Counted from the first letter of the stretch, positions 25,945 through 40,055 are shown. The stretch: 64,000 nt of DNA from Paraspadella gotoi (GCA_051294375.1 CM119267.1:17028606-17092605), one strand, 5' to 3'. Made by a program: numbers and translations. Notes: generated from the sequence alone by a model not told the origin.

Positions 25945-28701
25945 ATGAAAGACGACGAACCTTTCTCGAATCCCGTGGCTCCTTTCGCTCACGTGACCGA
26001 AAAGGAGGAAACGAAACCATTGAGCAACGATGATTTCAGGTTGTTCTTGAGACGCTGCTTATCAATTATGATCGGAACTGTGATAAAGGGTTCACCTGAA
26101 TTGCAGGAAATTGGTCATGTCAACCCGTGGGCCATCTCTCGCGGGAACGTCGGACAGAATTCTTGGAATGGCTCAATCAGTCAGGTGTTCATCTGCTTGC
26201 GAGAATTGCAGAGATTGTAACGATGATTGCGTGGGATAGAAGAAAAGATGAGGAAAGATAAAGAAAAAATGGGCGGTGATCCGATAATTTGGCATTCGTC
26301 AAATCCTCTGTTCGGTTAATCGCCTTATTTTTCTTTTCCTCCGCACTCCACAGGGGAGCACGAGTGGCCAACGCCGATGCCACTTCCAACGTCGCTCCCG
26401 CCGCCTCCTCTGCCGGACCAAAGCTCGAAAAAGCGGCCCTGGATCGGCGCCGAAAAAAGAAAGCGCAGTACCTGAAGCAGCGACAGCTGGAGCTGGAAAA
26501 AGAGGTGGAACTGGCCAACAAGTACAGGGACCGGGCCAAAGAGAGGCGCGCCCATCAGGAGAAAGAAGATATGGAGGGCGAGCAAGTCTCTGTGGTGAAA
26601 ACTTTGAACTTAACGATCTCCTTTATTGAATTGATTTTGCACTAATTCGCCTCGATAGACGACGACCCAAAATTATCATGCCGTCGATCCGACAGCCCAA
26701 AAGGGAGAGACCGACCGTCGGAGAAATCAAATTATTCAAGAGTCGAAATTCTTGGGAGGTGATTTTCAAATTTGGTGATGAGAAGCAAAAAACGAATTAG
26801 TCTCAAAGGAGAAATTGCCACACTGGAATCCACAGGATAACATCAAACATCATAACATAAAAATCATTTAAATTCATAAAATCACTTCTTTTCAAAGGTG
26901 ATATGGAACACACTCATCTGGTGAAAGGTCTGGATTACGCTTTGCTGCAGAAAGTTAAAGCCGAGATTCACTCGAAGGAAACTGGATCGGAGGAAGACGC
27001 ATTGGACGAAGTTTTGGAGTCTTTGTCTTCCAAAACTGAAGGTAATTACTTAATTCTGAAACAACATTGGAATCGCTGATTTTCTGCCGCGGATTGTCAA
27101 TTTGAAATCTTTCTCCAGCTAAATCCTTCGTTGAAGCCAAGCAACCATTCAAGTACGAACTGAAGACGAATTTGGCCAAAAACATTCACCGGATCCTTTT
27201 TAGCGGCGAAAGCCCGGAAAAGAACGACTTATTTGCTCCGGGTAAATATTGCACGTCGTGGCTTTTATTCGAAAGTTTGATCGCTCACGCGATTGATTTG
27301 GCGATGAACACAGGGCGCATGGCTTACCTGGTAGAGTTCGAGGAAGACTCGATCGAAACTGACGTCCCGACGACCGTGATAAGATCAAAGACCGAATGTC
27401 CCAAGTTAGACGCCAAATCTTTTCAATCTGCAAACGACATCGTCATTCAGAAGCTAACTCAGATTTTGTCGTATCTCCGACAAGGTTGGGGTGAACCATT
27501 TGTGTCACCAGTGTGATTTAGGCCAGCGTTTGGTCACTCTTAATCATTTCTTAATCGACCCCTGCGTTCCAGGCACTCGTGGTAAAAAGGGCAAAAAGAA
27601 AACTTTGAATAAGACGTCTGATCCCGCTGCCGAGGAGGGGATTTTTGCCAACGTCGACTTCCACCCAGTAATTTCGTTCAGTTAAGTGCTAACGACAGTT
27701 CCAATAGGTCAAAAGTTATTTTTTCGCAGATGCCCGACCGTCGTGTAGAAAACCGTGACCGTTCTCGAAGTCGAAGCAGGGACCGAAGCAGGAGCAGAGA
27801 TAGAAGCCGTAACTGGAGCAGGAGAAGAAGTGGTAGTGGCAACCGAAGAAGTGGCCGTGACCGAAGCAGGTTCCGCAGCAAGAGCCCTGAAAGAAGCAGG
27901 GAACGAAACCGAATCAGGATGCGAAGCCGAAGTCGGGATAGGGATCGAAACAGAAGCGTTAGACAAGCGGCGGGAGGGAAGAGGGGATATTTCGAAGAAA
28001 CAAACCAAAATTTGCAGGAGCCTCCGCCGAATTCCGCGGCCGAACTTATCAAAACTATCAATGCAAAGGCAAGTTGTGGACAATTTGTGAGTTAAATACT
28101 CCTTTTCAACTTTTGATTGTGAAAATCCTCGTTGCCTCATCTCACTAGTTCGCCCATTTTCCAAAATTGCAACAAGACGCTATTGCCAAAACAATCTCGT
28201 ATAAGCAGAGCATGGAATGCTATGCTGAATGTTACCCTGGAATGGAGATAGACGTTGTGGATTCAGATGAGGAAGCTGACTACACGAAGATGGATCAAGG
28301 CGAGTTTTCGTAATGCCAAATTTTCGTTGAATTTAAGTTTATAAGAAACCTCGTTCAGGCAATAAAAAAGGTCCTATGGGGCGTTGGGACTTCGATACTA
28401 CTGAAGAGTACAGCTCTTACATGAGTACCAAAGAAGCTTTACCAAAAGCCGCCTTTCAGGTGATTTACTACTTACTGTAGTTTTAAGTTTTGATATAAAA
28501 AATCTTTATTTTAATCGCTCTTTTTCAAAATAGTTCGGTGTAAAGATGGCGGATGGACGTAAAACTCGGCGGGTAAAGCCGCAAAACGATAAACAGAAAT
28601 TGGAACGAGAATGGCAGAAAATATCACGAATCATCGACAAGAAAAAGAGCGGAGCCACTGGGGAAGACGACGAATGGGACGACGAAAGGATCAGCTATTG
28701 A
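25945..28701 (+). CDS. IK: Protein Red (IK), spliceosomal B-complex factor
   Basis: EPFSNPVAP, LSNDDFRKL, KYRDRAKERR, IQESKFLGGDMEHTHLVKGLDYALLQKV, YAECYPG, DSDEEADYTKMDQGNKKGPMGRWDFDT, KEALPKAAFQFGVKMADGRKTR. Confidence 0.97.
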
Positions 28702-28881
28702 CATTTAATGGCGTTTTCTTGAGACTGTTTAAAAAACTCAAATTTTTTTTCTCTTTAAAACCGAATTTTCTGACAGTGTTGCGTTGACAGCTCTAGCGAT
28801 TATCAACTTTGTTTTTCCTTCTTAAGATTTCTATAGTTGAGAATTTTCTCCGTCTCAAACCATCCCACGCTATTCGACATA

Positions 28882-29578
28882 ATGGCCGCAAACCAGGTTG
28901 TTCTCGCGTGTTATTCACTAGTTACGCATGTGAGTTTTTAATTAATTAATTTTTTAAGGAACGCACTTTCATCATGGTTAAACCTGATGGTGTCCAACGC
29001 GGACTTATCGGAGAAATTATTAAGCGCTTCGAACAACGGGGCTTCAAACTGGTCGCCATGAAGTTTATGCAAGGCTCCAAAGAGCACCTCCAACAGCATT
29101 ACATCGACCTCAAGGTTCTCACTTTAACAGGCTTTAAATTTTTCACAATGATTAACTATTCGTATTTGATCTAACTTCCGATTTTAGGGAAGGGGTTTCT
29201 ACGATGGCCTAGTTGATTTCATGTCTTCCGGTCCGGTGGTCGCTATGGTTTGGGAAGGAAAGAACGCTGCCAAAGCAGGACGAATGATGATGGGACAGAC
29301 TAATCCTCAGGTAAGATTAGTTTATCGTGACATTTTTTTAACATTTCTAGTTATACCTCTGAGACTGGCTTAACGACTAAAAATGTTTTCTCTGTTCCCT
29401 TCCCCGAAAGGACTCCCTCGCCGGCTCCATCCGCGGGGACTTTTGCCTCGACTTGGGTCGCAACATCATCCACGGTTCCGATTCCAAGGAATCCGCAGAG
29501 AAGGAAATTGCGCTTTGGTTCCAGCCGGAGGAGCTTGTCTGCTGGACGCCCAAAATCAACGAGTTCGTTTACGAATAA
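28882..29578 (+). CDS. NME1: Nucleoside diphosphate kinase (group I, NME1/2)
   Basis: [63 protein letters not shown]. Confidence 0.97.
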
Positions 29579-29828
29579 AGTCCCCTCATCGGAGAAAATA
29601 ATCAACTTGGAATTTACGAAATTATCCCAAATATCTTTTTTACATTTTATCCAATTTTTGTTAATTTCGAAGATAGTTTATAGTTGTTAAAATTGTTAAA
29701 TTAAAATTTTTTCGCGAAATTCGAATTAGTTTTTAGAAAGTTTCTTTCTTGTTGAAAAAAAACATTGAAAGTAGAGCTTGGGACGTTCATTTACCGCAAA
29801 ACATGAGGCTAATTGAAAAATTTAAAAA

Positions 29829-32800
29829 ATGAATACCACGGGAGAGACGACTACCAATTCCGTCTGGAATAATCACCAACTTGGTACGATCGTATTTTCT
29901 CTCGGTTATTGATTAATTATATAATCATATTTCTCTCTGCCTAACAAGATTCCCGCCAGCGTCTACAACCGGTTCTAAAAGTCATGCTTTCGGTGACCGT
30001 GTTCACGATTTGCGTTTGGTGGTCGCTTCCTTTCGTCGCCATCTGCTACGCCGAGGTCGCCGAAGCGTGGACTGTTCACGACCCACCCAAGGTTTTGAGG
30101 CAATCAGACGATTGTTGCGTAAATCCATTGATAAATATCAATTTCCACCCCCTTCCACTTTCAGATCCCTATTGTAATCATCGGAGGCTATGGGGATCTG
30201 GCGAAAAAGTATTTGTGGCAGGGGATTTACAACCTGCACGAAACCTACGGAGGCGAGGATCGGTCGCCCTTGCTAATGTACTCCGGCGGAAGAGCAGACT
30301 CTGAAGTAAGTTTCGAGGTTTTTTACCTAAGTTTTATCCGGACTCCCAAATTAAAACTTTTACGCCACGAATCCTTAATTTTAGGGCGGTCAAAAAAAAA
30401 CTTCGGATGCGTTGGCCAGCGGCGTGTTTTGCGCGACTGGCGACGGTGTTTGCCGCCGCAAGAAGGATTCCTTTGTCGAACGCGTCAGTTATTATCGAAT
30501 GACAGAGGAGAGCGACTTTGACGTTTTCTGCCGCAATTTGACGCTTATCACCGGCGGACGGGAGGAAGGAAGGTTATTTTATTTGTCGGTAGGATGAAAA
30601 ACTATAAATATCTTGATTTGAACTGCTGGTAAAGAATTCGGTTAAACATGTTTAGAATGTTACAGGTTCCTCCTTTCGCTTACGGAAAAATCGGCCGATA
30701 CATCAACGCCTATTGTCGCCCTCCGGTTAGTACAGTCCACCCACAATGGGATTTTGCGGCCCGTGCCCTTCTATTGTTAGGACTCTGATCCTCTTTTGTT
30801 AGGTTCCCTCAGACTCGGCAGACCCGAAACCTTCCATAGTCGAAAAATCTTGGCTCCGTGTGGTCGTCGAAAAACCATTTGGAAAAGATTTGGAGTCCGC
30901 GGAAATGATGTCCAAGGAGCTCTTGAAACATTTTGACGACGAGGAACTTTATCGTATCGATCATTACATGGGTAACTACTCGTTACGGAAATGTCTCTTG
31001 CGAACAATTAACCACACTGACAAAAATAGCGCGTATGATTTCTACCGTGAAAAAATTTGGTCTCTGATTTATTTTGTCTTCATTTTCAAGAAGAACAAAG
31101 GGGATTACAATGTCAATTATGTGACGTACATACTACATAATCTCCTTGATTAAAATTCTTCCCCATCTTCCTTTTTTTTTTGGTCCCTCATCCTCTTCTT
31201 TCTTTCCCTCTTCCAATTTTTTTTTCGTCTTTTCGCCCTCATCCTCTTCCGTTCTCGCTTCCTCTCGCTTTCTCTCGCTTCCTCTCGCTCTTCTTTCTCT
31301 CTCGCGTTTCTCAAGGCAAGACGACGGTCCGAAACATTCTGGAATTCCGTCATGTGAATCGCGGAACTGGAATCGAGTCTCTCCTCAATCGTGACCACGT
31401 CGATCGCGTCGAAGTCGTCGTCAAGGAGACGCTAGGATGCAAAGGTAAGGGAAGAGACTGGGTAGCTTGCCTTGTCTTTTCGCAAAAATAATCCTATTGA
31501 ATAAATTACAACCGATGTTAATTTTTAAAATATCTATCTATCATACCCCCACTATAACTTAAAACTTTGTTAAATGCATGAGATATTTAATCAATTTTTT
31601 GAGCATCTGCATATGTAAATTTCAAATGATAAGGTGTCTCATAGCGTTAAATTTAGAATTTCAAATTGTATATAATTAAATATTGATTGAAAGCTTATCT
31701 TGTAAGAGTGATGGAGCCCATGAACCACCAAAGATAGTCTGGGGCAAGATAGCTTACTTATTAAATGAATGGATAGTTTTTATATTGGTTGTACTAATTT
31801 CCTAGGAAGAATGAACTATTACGACGATTATGGTGTCGTCGCCGACATGATGCAAAACCATTTGACGGAAGTCGCAATTATGGTAATTATTCAAATCAAG
31901 GTCATTATGTTATCGTTTTTCGCTTAGCAAGTTGTTTTTGTTCTTTTTAACTTGGGAATGCTGGCTAGGTGGCCATGGATTTGCCGAACGATCCCACAGA
32001 TTCAATCGAAGTTGAAAACAAGAAACTGGAGACATTGGGGGCGATTCGTCCGCTGGAACTTTCTTCTACTGTGTTGGGGCAGTATAGCACGTATAACCTC
32101 GAGGTTCGTTTCGCAAACGTTTCAAGAAAAGGTGGAAAAACTTCAACAATGCGTTTCTCCACTACAGGCAGCGCAGGAGGCAACTCTCGATAAATCCGGT
32201 GCTTCGACCTCTGGAGACCAAGTCTCTCTTCCTAGGCGTACGACATCGTTGACGCCCACTTTCGCCGCCACAGCGATGCACGTCGATAATAATAGATGGT
32301 GAGAGGTGGCTCAATAATGTGCGTGATAATAACTAAGGATGTGAAATTGTGCCCTTTTCCACATTGTACAAAAAAATGCACATTTATTAATTTTTTTCAG
32401 GCTTGGCGTTCCCTTTGTACTCATGACGGGAAAGAAACTTGACGAACGCATCGGTTATGCGCGGATTGTTTTCAAAGAAAATCTTTTCTGCGTTCCAAGA
32501 GACGCGAACATCGACGACGCCCTTGATCACGTTCGTTTTTTATTTTTTGGGTCGCTAATTTTTCAGATTTTATTTGTAGAAGATTATAATCGTTTTATTA
32601 ATGTTGAGTATTAAATTTTTTTGACAGGGTCCTTGCCAAAAGCGCGAGTTGATATTTCACATCGCCCACGGCACTTTGAAACGGCCTTCAATTCTGGCGT
32701 CCAAGTCTCTGCCACGCCCCCTTGCACCAGAGGGGTGGCGCGAGACGACCAACATGGGCGGTAACCTTGTCTTTGGCTCCAACAAAGGCTCTGCGTTTAA

Positions 32801-34274
32801 TGTCTTCTCATCGGTCGAAGACGAAATAGCTTACAGGTTGTAAGAAATATTGTAGAAACCATTACTTTAGAACTTTGTTTATGGATTCATTAATTAACAG
32901 CTTTCTCGTTCGAGCCGTGGTCAGAGGACAACGTGATTATTTCCTCAGCGACGAACATCTGATGGTAATTGAAAAAGTCATAATTAAATCCTGTTATTCG
33001 TTGTTTAATATCGTTGCTTACTTTTTCTCAAGTCTTCCTGGAAAATTTGGTCGCCTCTGGTGAAAGCTGTTCAAAAAGTGAAACCCAGATTATACAGTCA
33101 ACTAAAAAACAATTTAGATAATTTACGATTCTTTTACGACAAAGGCGGAACTCTCAGGTGAGGTTATGAAACAGTGCTCTACTATAATTCAGGTGATCAA
33201 TACGAAGAAAGTCTCTTTTATTCTCTCATCAGGTTTGTGAAGAATTTTGAGAGCGGAGATCACGAATTTTCGAAATACTCCCGCGCCGCCAATGTTCCTC
33301 ACGGCGAAGTGACGCTACTTAACTCCACCGTGGTCCTTGGTGAGTTTGCTTCGATTTTAGACAAAGAGCAAATCCTCGATAAAAACGCTCTTTCCCTGGC
33401 CACATTAAAGGAACGACGACCGAAGTCGACTCTGCCTTGGCATTGGCGGTCAAGAAATTGGCGCGAGCTCGTGTTGCGTCTTCCGGGTCATTTCATATGG
33501 CTGTTCCTGGCGGTGCGTCGCCCAAGGGTTTTCTTCGCTTACTCGTCGCTATGGACGACTTCCCTTGGAAGCAGGTTAATTGCATTTTAGCGATTAATTA
33601 ATTAATTAATTGCATTTTAACGATTAATTAATTGTTTAATTGATCTTGAACAGACACACGTGTGGATGGTGGACGATCGCATCGTCCAATTTTCTCATCC
33701 GCATTCTAACTTCGGTGCCATCTCTCGGACCCTCCAACCCGCCGCCCTTTCTTACGACCACCTTCATCCGATTCCCGTCAACCTCGCTCCGAGTCTTGAG
33801 CCGCATCTCATCGCGGCCGCCTATCTACACCAGATTAAGACTACAGTACAAAACCTTGCTTTCGATGTTGTCGTTCTGGGATTAGGAGTCGACGGTCATG
33901 TGGCGTCGCTTTTCCCGGAAGATGTCGAACTCTACTTCCGCGGAAACTTGGCCTCCGAAGAAGTCGTGGTAACTCGAAAAGGAAAACCGTCCGAAAATGA
34001 TGACGAGACCGTAAAACAAAAATCCTTGTCGGGAGAAAAGTCCACAGTGTCAACTGAGCGAGTGTCGAATCGCGACGTTCCCAGGGACAGAGTCAGTCTA
34101 AACTACAATGTTATCAACGCCGCTGGCAGAGTATTTGTTGTCGCAGAGGGAAAGGGTAAGAGGAAGATCGTTCGGAGACTCAAAGAATCGGACCGCAAGG
34201 AAAAATTGCCTATCGATCTCATATCTAGAGAAACTCTCACTTTTTTCGTTGATTTGGAAGCGTGGAATGTTTAA
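29829..34274 (+). CDS. H6PD: Hexose-6-phosphate dehydrogenase (ER GDH/6PGL bifunctional); alternative start 29984
   Basis: Hydrophobic N-terminal segment, GGYGDLAKKYLW, LSVPP, RVVVEKPFGKD, YRIDHYMGK, YGVVADMMQNHLTE, RWLGVPF..GKKLDER, then 6PGL domain PGGASP, VWMVDDR, LGLGVDGHVASLFP. Confidence 0.93.
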
Positions 34275-34648
34275 GGGAAAACTGCGTTGTCTGCTCGTCA
34301 GAATTGATTGTTGATTCTTCTCAGTTTTTTTCTATTACGATTTTGATTTAAATTCGTAATTTGATTTATTATTAATTTTAATTTATATTTTTTTTACTGT
34401 TTTCCGTATTAGGCTTATTCAGAATTATTGAATTATGATTTTGACGGTTCAATGAGCTGATTTTTTATATCTTTGATTATTCTTCTACGTTTTGTTTTTT
34501 TAGGTCTGACAATGTTTGGTCATTTTTTCAACCTGTAAACACAACCCTACCTTCGTAACTGACTGATACTTTTAAAACCTTTCATCATAATAAATTCTGA
34601 TGTATTTATAACTGCTAATCTAGAGTTCTCACTGATCTACGCTCCAGG

Positions 34649-37600
34649 ATGAAAATGAGTTTGGCAGTACAAGTTTTCAAGCAAGCAGATACCTTAAAAG
34701 AGAGTTTTGAAAATGAAAAAAATAGTAATCCGGAAAATTGGCCCGAGCGACAAAAAATACAAGGTACAATATTGTAAATTTTGCCATATGTTATCATAAC
34801 TTAACGAAACACTTGCTTATAGATCTTTATCAACGTTTACTTCTTATGGATTTGGAATACGCTTTGGACAAAAAAGTAGAAAGTGATTTGTGGAATGTGG
34901 CCTTCAAGAACATCATTGATGCTCATCATTCCAAGGCGGCAAAAGGAAACGCCATGAAGCGAGCGGAACAACAGGCTTCTCTATCCTTGTTTCTTGAAGC
35001 CGCTTCTGGATTCTACTTTCAATTTATGCACGACGTATGCTGCGCGTTTAGCTTGGACCTGCCGTTTAGGCGAGTTATACCTTGGTTTTCGGTTTAGCTT
35101 GTTATACTTCAATATTTTTTTCTATTTGGTGTTTAGGAGAAAATCTTCACGTTTTGGCATACTACATGAACCTTCACCAGCAGCTTTCGAAATCAAACCA
35201 CCTCGGAAAAGTTCTTGCTTTTATTTGTTGCAGGTCGAAAACGTTTTCTTTTTTTTTAAATACAAGAGGCGCAAAAGCCAGGGAAAAAAAATGAATTACC
35301 GTCTTATCGAAGTCTAAAAATAGGTCCCAAGAGTGTTTTTACATATAAAATAAAAAATCTTTTTTTCCTTTGCAGCATATTCTCGTTCATCTTGGGGACA
35401 TTGCTCGGTACAAGAAAAGCTCAAAGCAGGCGGAAACTTTTTACAAGCACGCCGCCGAGTTGATACCAACTAATGGGCAGCCTTATAATCAACTAGCGCT
35501 GCTGGATATGCAAAAAGTACCCGTAACTTAAATTTCTTAAAGGACTTACCTGTCATATTCGTAAATGAGTCTTTATTCTTCAGGGATATAAGTTGGCAAC
35601 AGTTTATCATTACATTCGGGCCGTAGGAGTAGACCATCCTTTTCCAGCCGCGGCGACGAATTTGGAAAAGTTTTACGAAAAACTGAGCAAGGAATTGATT
35701 CCTTCCTTGAGACAAGTGCGTAATTTTATTGCTATACTTAAAGGCTTATTATGATTAGGTTAACATTAATTTTATAAATTGCATTTTTCAGAAATCGAGC
35801 GTAGATAATTTCATCCTGACGTTTTTGATCTTCAATTCGTTGTTGCATTTGCGGGAAAACTTTTCAAAAGCGAAAGAGTGCTTTGCTTTCTTGTCGACCA
35901 TGGTGAGGAGAAAGCCGATCGTTTCGGGTTTCGAACAAATACCTTTTGATTAGCCTATTTTTGTTTCTGTTTAAGATCTGTACAAACGGGATGCTTTCAA
36001 AAATGTCACCGGAAGATCTTCACTTTATGACGTGCGTTTCTGCGTTTACTTTACATCGAGCCGATGATCACGATGACTCGCGGAAAGACGGAGATGACGA
36101 CGCTGATTACGATAGTGGGAGAGGCGAAAAACTTTCTGGTGACGAGTCGGTGGTTTACGACTTAAGTCTTGACTTCCTTGTGACCCTTGTTTCAGGTGGG
36201 AATACGCCATATTCCTTGTGCAGAAATTGTTTGAAAAATCTTTTATCATTTGTCCCTTTGCATTAGATCTTATTCTAGAAGTCACAATGAAGAAGGATTC
36301 TCCGAAACATCACAAATTTCTTGCCGTAATTAAGTTGGTTCTGGCTCTCATATCACAATCGCGGATGATTTTTGAAGGTTTGTTGAAATTAAACATTCAA
36401 ATTGAATTTATAGATTTAATTTTATCCTTATTAAATGCAGGTTTTTGGGTGAAAGAAAAGTCTCAATTTTGGCCTCATTTGGCGTTTTTGTTAAATTCTC
36501 TTCAACGAGATTCAACATTGCAAAATTGCTCCGAGGCTAATTGGGCAAAGTATAAAATTTACCCAATGCCTGAAGGTAAGCGTTCGTGAGATTTTTTGAA
36601 AAACTTGTAAATCAAGATATGTAATTTGTATTAAAATCGCACTTCTCCAGATAGAGCATTGCAGGGATTTCTTCCGTTGAGAAAATATATGAAGAATTTT
36701 GATTTCCCGACATGGAGAAAGAAATTGACGCAATCCGATGGATCAGAGGTCATCACCGTTGGTATGATTAAAATAGTTACGTACGATACTCAAATTAAAA
36801 ACTCATACGATTAGAAAACTCAACGTTTTTATGTTTAGAAGAACATCCGACCGTTCGAGCTCTGCACGTTCTACAGATCGGAAAGCGTATCGCAGAGAAC
36901 CTTGGAAATCTCCGCCTTTTATCTCTCGAAGAAACCAAGTCGGGAAAGATGCACTTTGATTCTGGGATTCAGGTGCAATGCGAAAGCGCAATAACGTCTT
37001 TGCAGTAGACATCATACATATGGATTAATTTTTCAGATGACCGATGATCACCGATTCACCGATAGATCCCAAGACTCGCGTCCTCCTCTCCGTAATCAGG
37101 CGTTGGGACCGAGATTCGCCAATCGTGCAAATCGCCAGAACGTCGCTTTACAAGTATGCCGGATCTGAAGAGTCTTCCACGTCTTGACCAAATCAAATAA
37201 GTTTTTATTCGTCTAAGAAAAAATTTCTCGTAGGCGTTCATGTCGAATCCTTCCCGACAAGATTCTATTCCGCTGCCTTCGCATCCTCTTCATCCCCCGA
37301 CGAATTACCCTCCACTGGCCAAACCCACTCTTCCACCGTTCGACCCGTCGCGTTCTGAAATGCCTCCGGTCCCACCATCGCACATTCCCACTCCCTCCTC
37401 TGGTCCTCATTCCCAAATACCCGCGGTTTTGTCTCAAATTCCTCGTCCGACCAATGTCCAAATCCCACCTACTCCGACCAATCTTTCCCATCCCTTACCC
37501 GCACAAATCCCGCCTCACCTCCGTTACCCACCTCCACCATCCGTTCATCATCGAGAGTTTCCAAACTCTCCCGACTCGGTTCTCACGGCCCAACGGCCTG

Positions 37601-38930
37601 ACCAGAGACTGGAATCTTTGAACCTCAATGCGCCTAGTTTTTTTCCTGGTGGATTCCCCGCAACTATCCCGTCGCAGCCCGAGGCGTCGTACCGCTCTCA
37701 ATCAGGTTTGACTCGACTGCCCCTCGCAGTTTAAATTGATAAGCATCTAAACGCGGCTTTTTTTATAAGAGCAACGGTCGTCGCCGTCGCCTCGAACCGA
37801 GCAAGCCAATCTTCCGCAAGACACGCGAGGCCAGAAAAACAATCAGCTCTATCAAGCTGGGAAAAAGCAAAAGGAAGAAAACCACGAAGATTTCCCAACC
37901 TTGCAATCGATCGCCAAAACGACAAAACAAGCGCCCATGGGCTCATCTTTCTTCACGACGTCGTCCTCCTGCTCTCTCTCGTCCAGCCTCAGTTCAACAG
38001 TTAACAAACCCTTGGCTAATTATTCTCTGTTCAGTCACAAGTATGTTTACTATTTACTAATTTTTAGTACTAGCGTTTCGACTTTTAAACACGTAATTAA
38101 CTAATTATCGATGCATTTTTTTTCGGTTTTAAGCAATCCAAATTGGACCCCGTCTTCAGCCGTCGAAAATTCATCGGAAAAACTTCCTTTTGAATGTCCT
38201 CCTAACTTTGGACAACCCCCGCCGTCGTTTATTCCTGTGCCGCAAGCGCCTCCAGTCAAGGACCACGCAGGACCGGTGCAAGCCTACACCTCTGAAAGAC
38301 CGACACATCTTGGCTCGTCTCCATACGTGCCGGCCTCACCTATGTCAATGACTCGTCCTGAAGATTCTAGAGGAGTCGCCCCCGTCCCTCCTCAAATTCC
38401 ATCCCAAATTCAACCGCAAATTCCCCCTCAGATACGACCAAATTGGTCGAACGAAGAGAGGATCGCTTATACGAACAACTTCGGTGGTGGTAGTGGTGCT
38501 GGCAATGGATTTTTTGGTGACAGTCGATGGTCCTTTGCTCAACTTCAGCGCACCGATAACCGAAATTCTGTTATAGGGCCTTCGACATCGCAGCAGCAAA
38601 TACAGCATCAACAGCAAAGTTTTAGAAACTTTGAAAACTATCATTCCCAGCATGCAAACGCGACACAGCAAGCACCTATGAATTTGAGCGCCATGGAGGC
38701 AAACATGGAGAACGCCGCATTTAGGTTTTCATGGAGATTTAATTTTGTCATGTTTTAAAATTTTTATGTATGTATCATGTTTTTAATTTAATTCAATATT
38801 CAGGCGTAACTTGGGGTCCTGGGGCATGACTTCGGGATTTGGTGGAGAGGCTTCTTCAACGGGACAATCAGCGCTAGAAAAACTTATTCAGGAACAGCAA
38901 AAGCGTGCCGGTTCCGAAGGAAACAATTAA
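34649..38930 (+). CDS. SMG7: Nonsense-mediated decay factor SMG7
   Basis: DLYQRLLLMDLEYALDKKVESDLWN..LFLEAASGFY..LVHLGDIARY..PTNGQPYNQLA..HPFPAAATNL; Pro-rich linker; C-terminal YSLFS and SALEKLIQEQQKR. Confidence 0.93.
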
Positions 38931-39129
38931 AAAAAAAAAAAATTCGTTTTATTTTCCAGATGCTTTGCCTTTGAGCGTTATATTGCTGTTATTTGTGGTT
39001 AGACAATTTTTTTACTTTTTTTAGAGTAATGTTTTAATTCGGGAGAATGTAACTTTTTGTTGAAAGACTCGAATGTTCTCTCTTCTGTAAAATGTATCAT
39101 ACGACAATTCTATACTGCACTCGTTGACG

Positions 39130-39537
39130 ATGGGCTCGACCACTTCCAAAATATACGGAAAACTCACAAGATCCTGGACATCATCATCTTGTTCTTCCAA
39201 TGATTACGAGAATTCCTCCGGTAAAGAATGCCAAGTTAATTTCAAATTATCCTTCGTGGTTTCTTTACAAGTTTCCTGTTTTTTCACCCCGTTATCAGAG
39301 ATGAGTAGATCGTCCGTCGGTCCTTTTGTCTTCACTCGGCGCGGTTCTATGTACTTCGACGAGGATGGAGATTTGGCTCACGAGTTTTACGAAGAGACGA
39401 ACGACGGTTACAGAGGCGCATGGCGCATGCGTCGAAAATGGTGCCACTTGTCGCCGCAGGGACTTGTCAATCTGCAACACCCCAGACTTCATGCCGATTT
39501 GCCAATAGTCCTTTGTCAGGTTTCCCCCTCTCGGTGA
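39130..39537 (+). CDS. TUSC2: Tumor suppressor candidate 2 (FUS1), one short intron
   Basis: MGSTTSK myristoylation start; PFVFTRRGSMYFDEDGDLAHEFYEE; PQGLVNLQHPRLHADLPIVLC. Confidence 0.95.
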   Translation: MGSTTSKIYGKLTRSWTSSSCSSNDYENSSGKECQVNFKLSFVVSLQVSCFFTPLSEMSRSSVGPFVFTRRGSMYFDEDGDLAHEFYEETNDGYRGAWRMRRKWCHLSPQGLVNLQHPRLHADLPIVLCQVSPSR

Positions 39538-40055
39538 AGTCGGGTCCCAGCTTGAATTTATTTTCAATTTTTTGTTCCATTGAATTTTTCGGTAATCCTC
39601 TCCAGCTGTGTTGTTTTATTCTTATAAACTAGCTTAACCTTCGACCTCAGAGATCTCTTATGCGGTAGCTGATTAGGATATGGAGTTAACTGATACATTT
39701 TTTTAGCTGTATAATTTTAGTTTTTTTATTTTGAAGCGTTTTATCACTCATATATGACTTATTTAATGTAATATTTACATTCATAACGCTCTATTTGGCT
39801 TACTTTTCTTTCTTTATTTTTAGAACTCCATTCTTTTAATTTATAATCATTACTCATTAGTTTTCATTCCCAGAAATTGTAGATAGGCTGCAGCTATGGG
39901 TTTATTATAGTCGTGTGCTTGTTTGCACTCTCTGCATTTGTGCTACTCCGAAAAGATGAATTTTAATAACTTTTAGAGAATAACTCAATAAGGGTTTTCA
40001 ACGAAGCCCATTTTCAAATTTTCGATTCCCCTTGGAAAAACTGTTGACATACACC

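Noticed and set aside
27678-28164. Minus-strand ORFs over IK (similarly over CCDC137, SMG7, ANKLE2)
   Set aside because: Antisense shadows of GC-rich or repetitive exons
31146-31398. Arg/Glu-rich minus ORF and Ser/Phe-rich plus ORFs
   Set aside because: Polypyrimidine low-complexity tract in an H6PD intron
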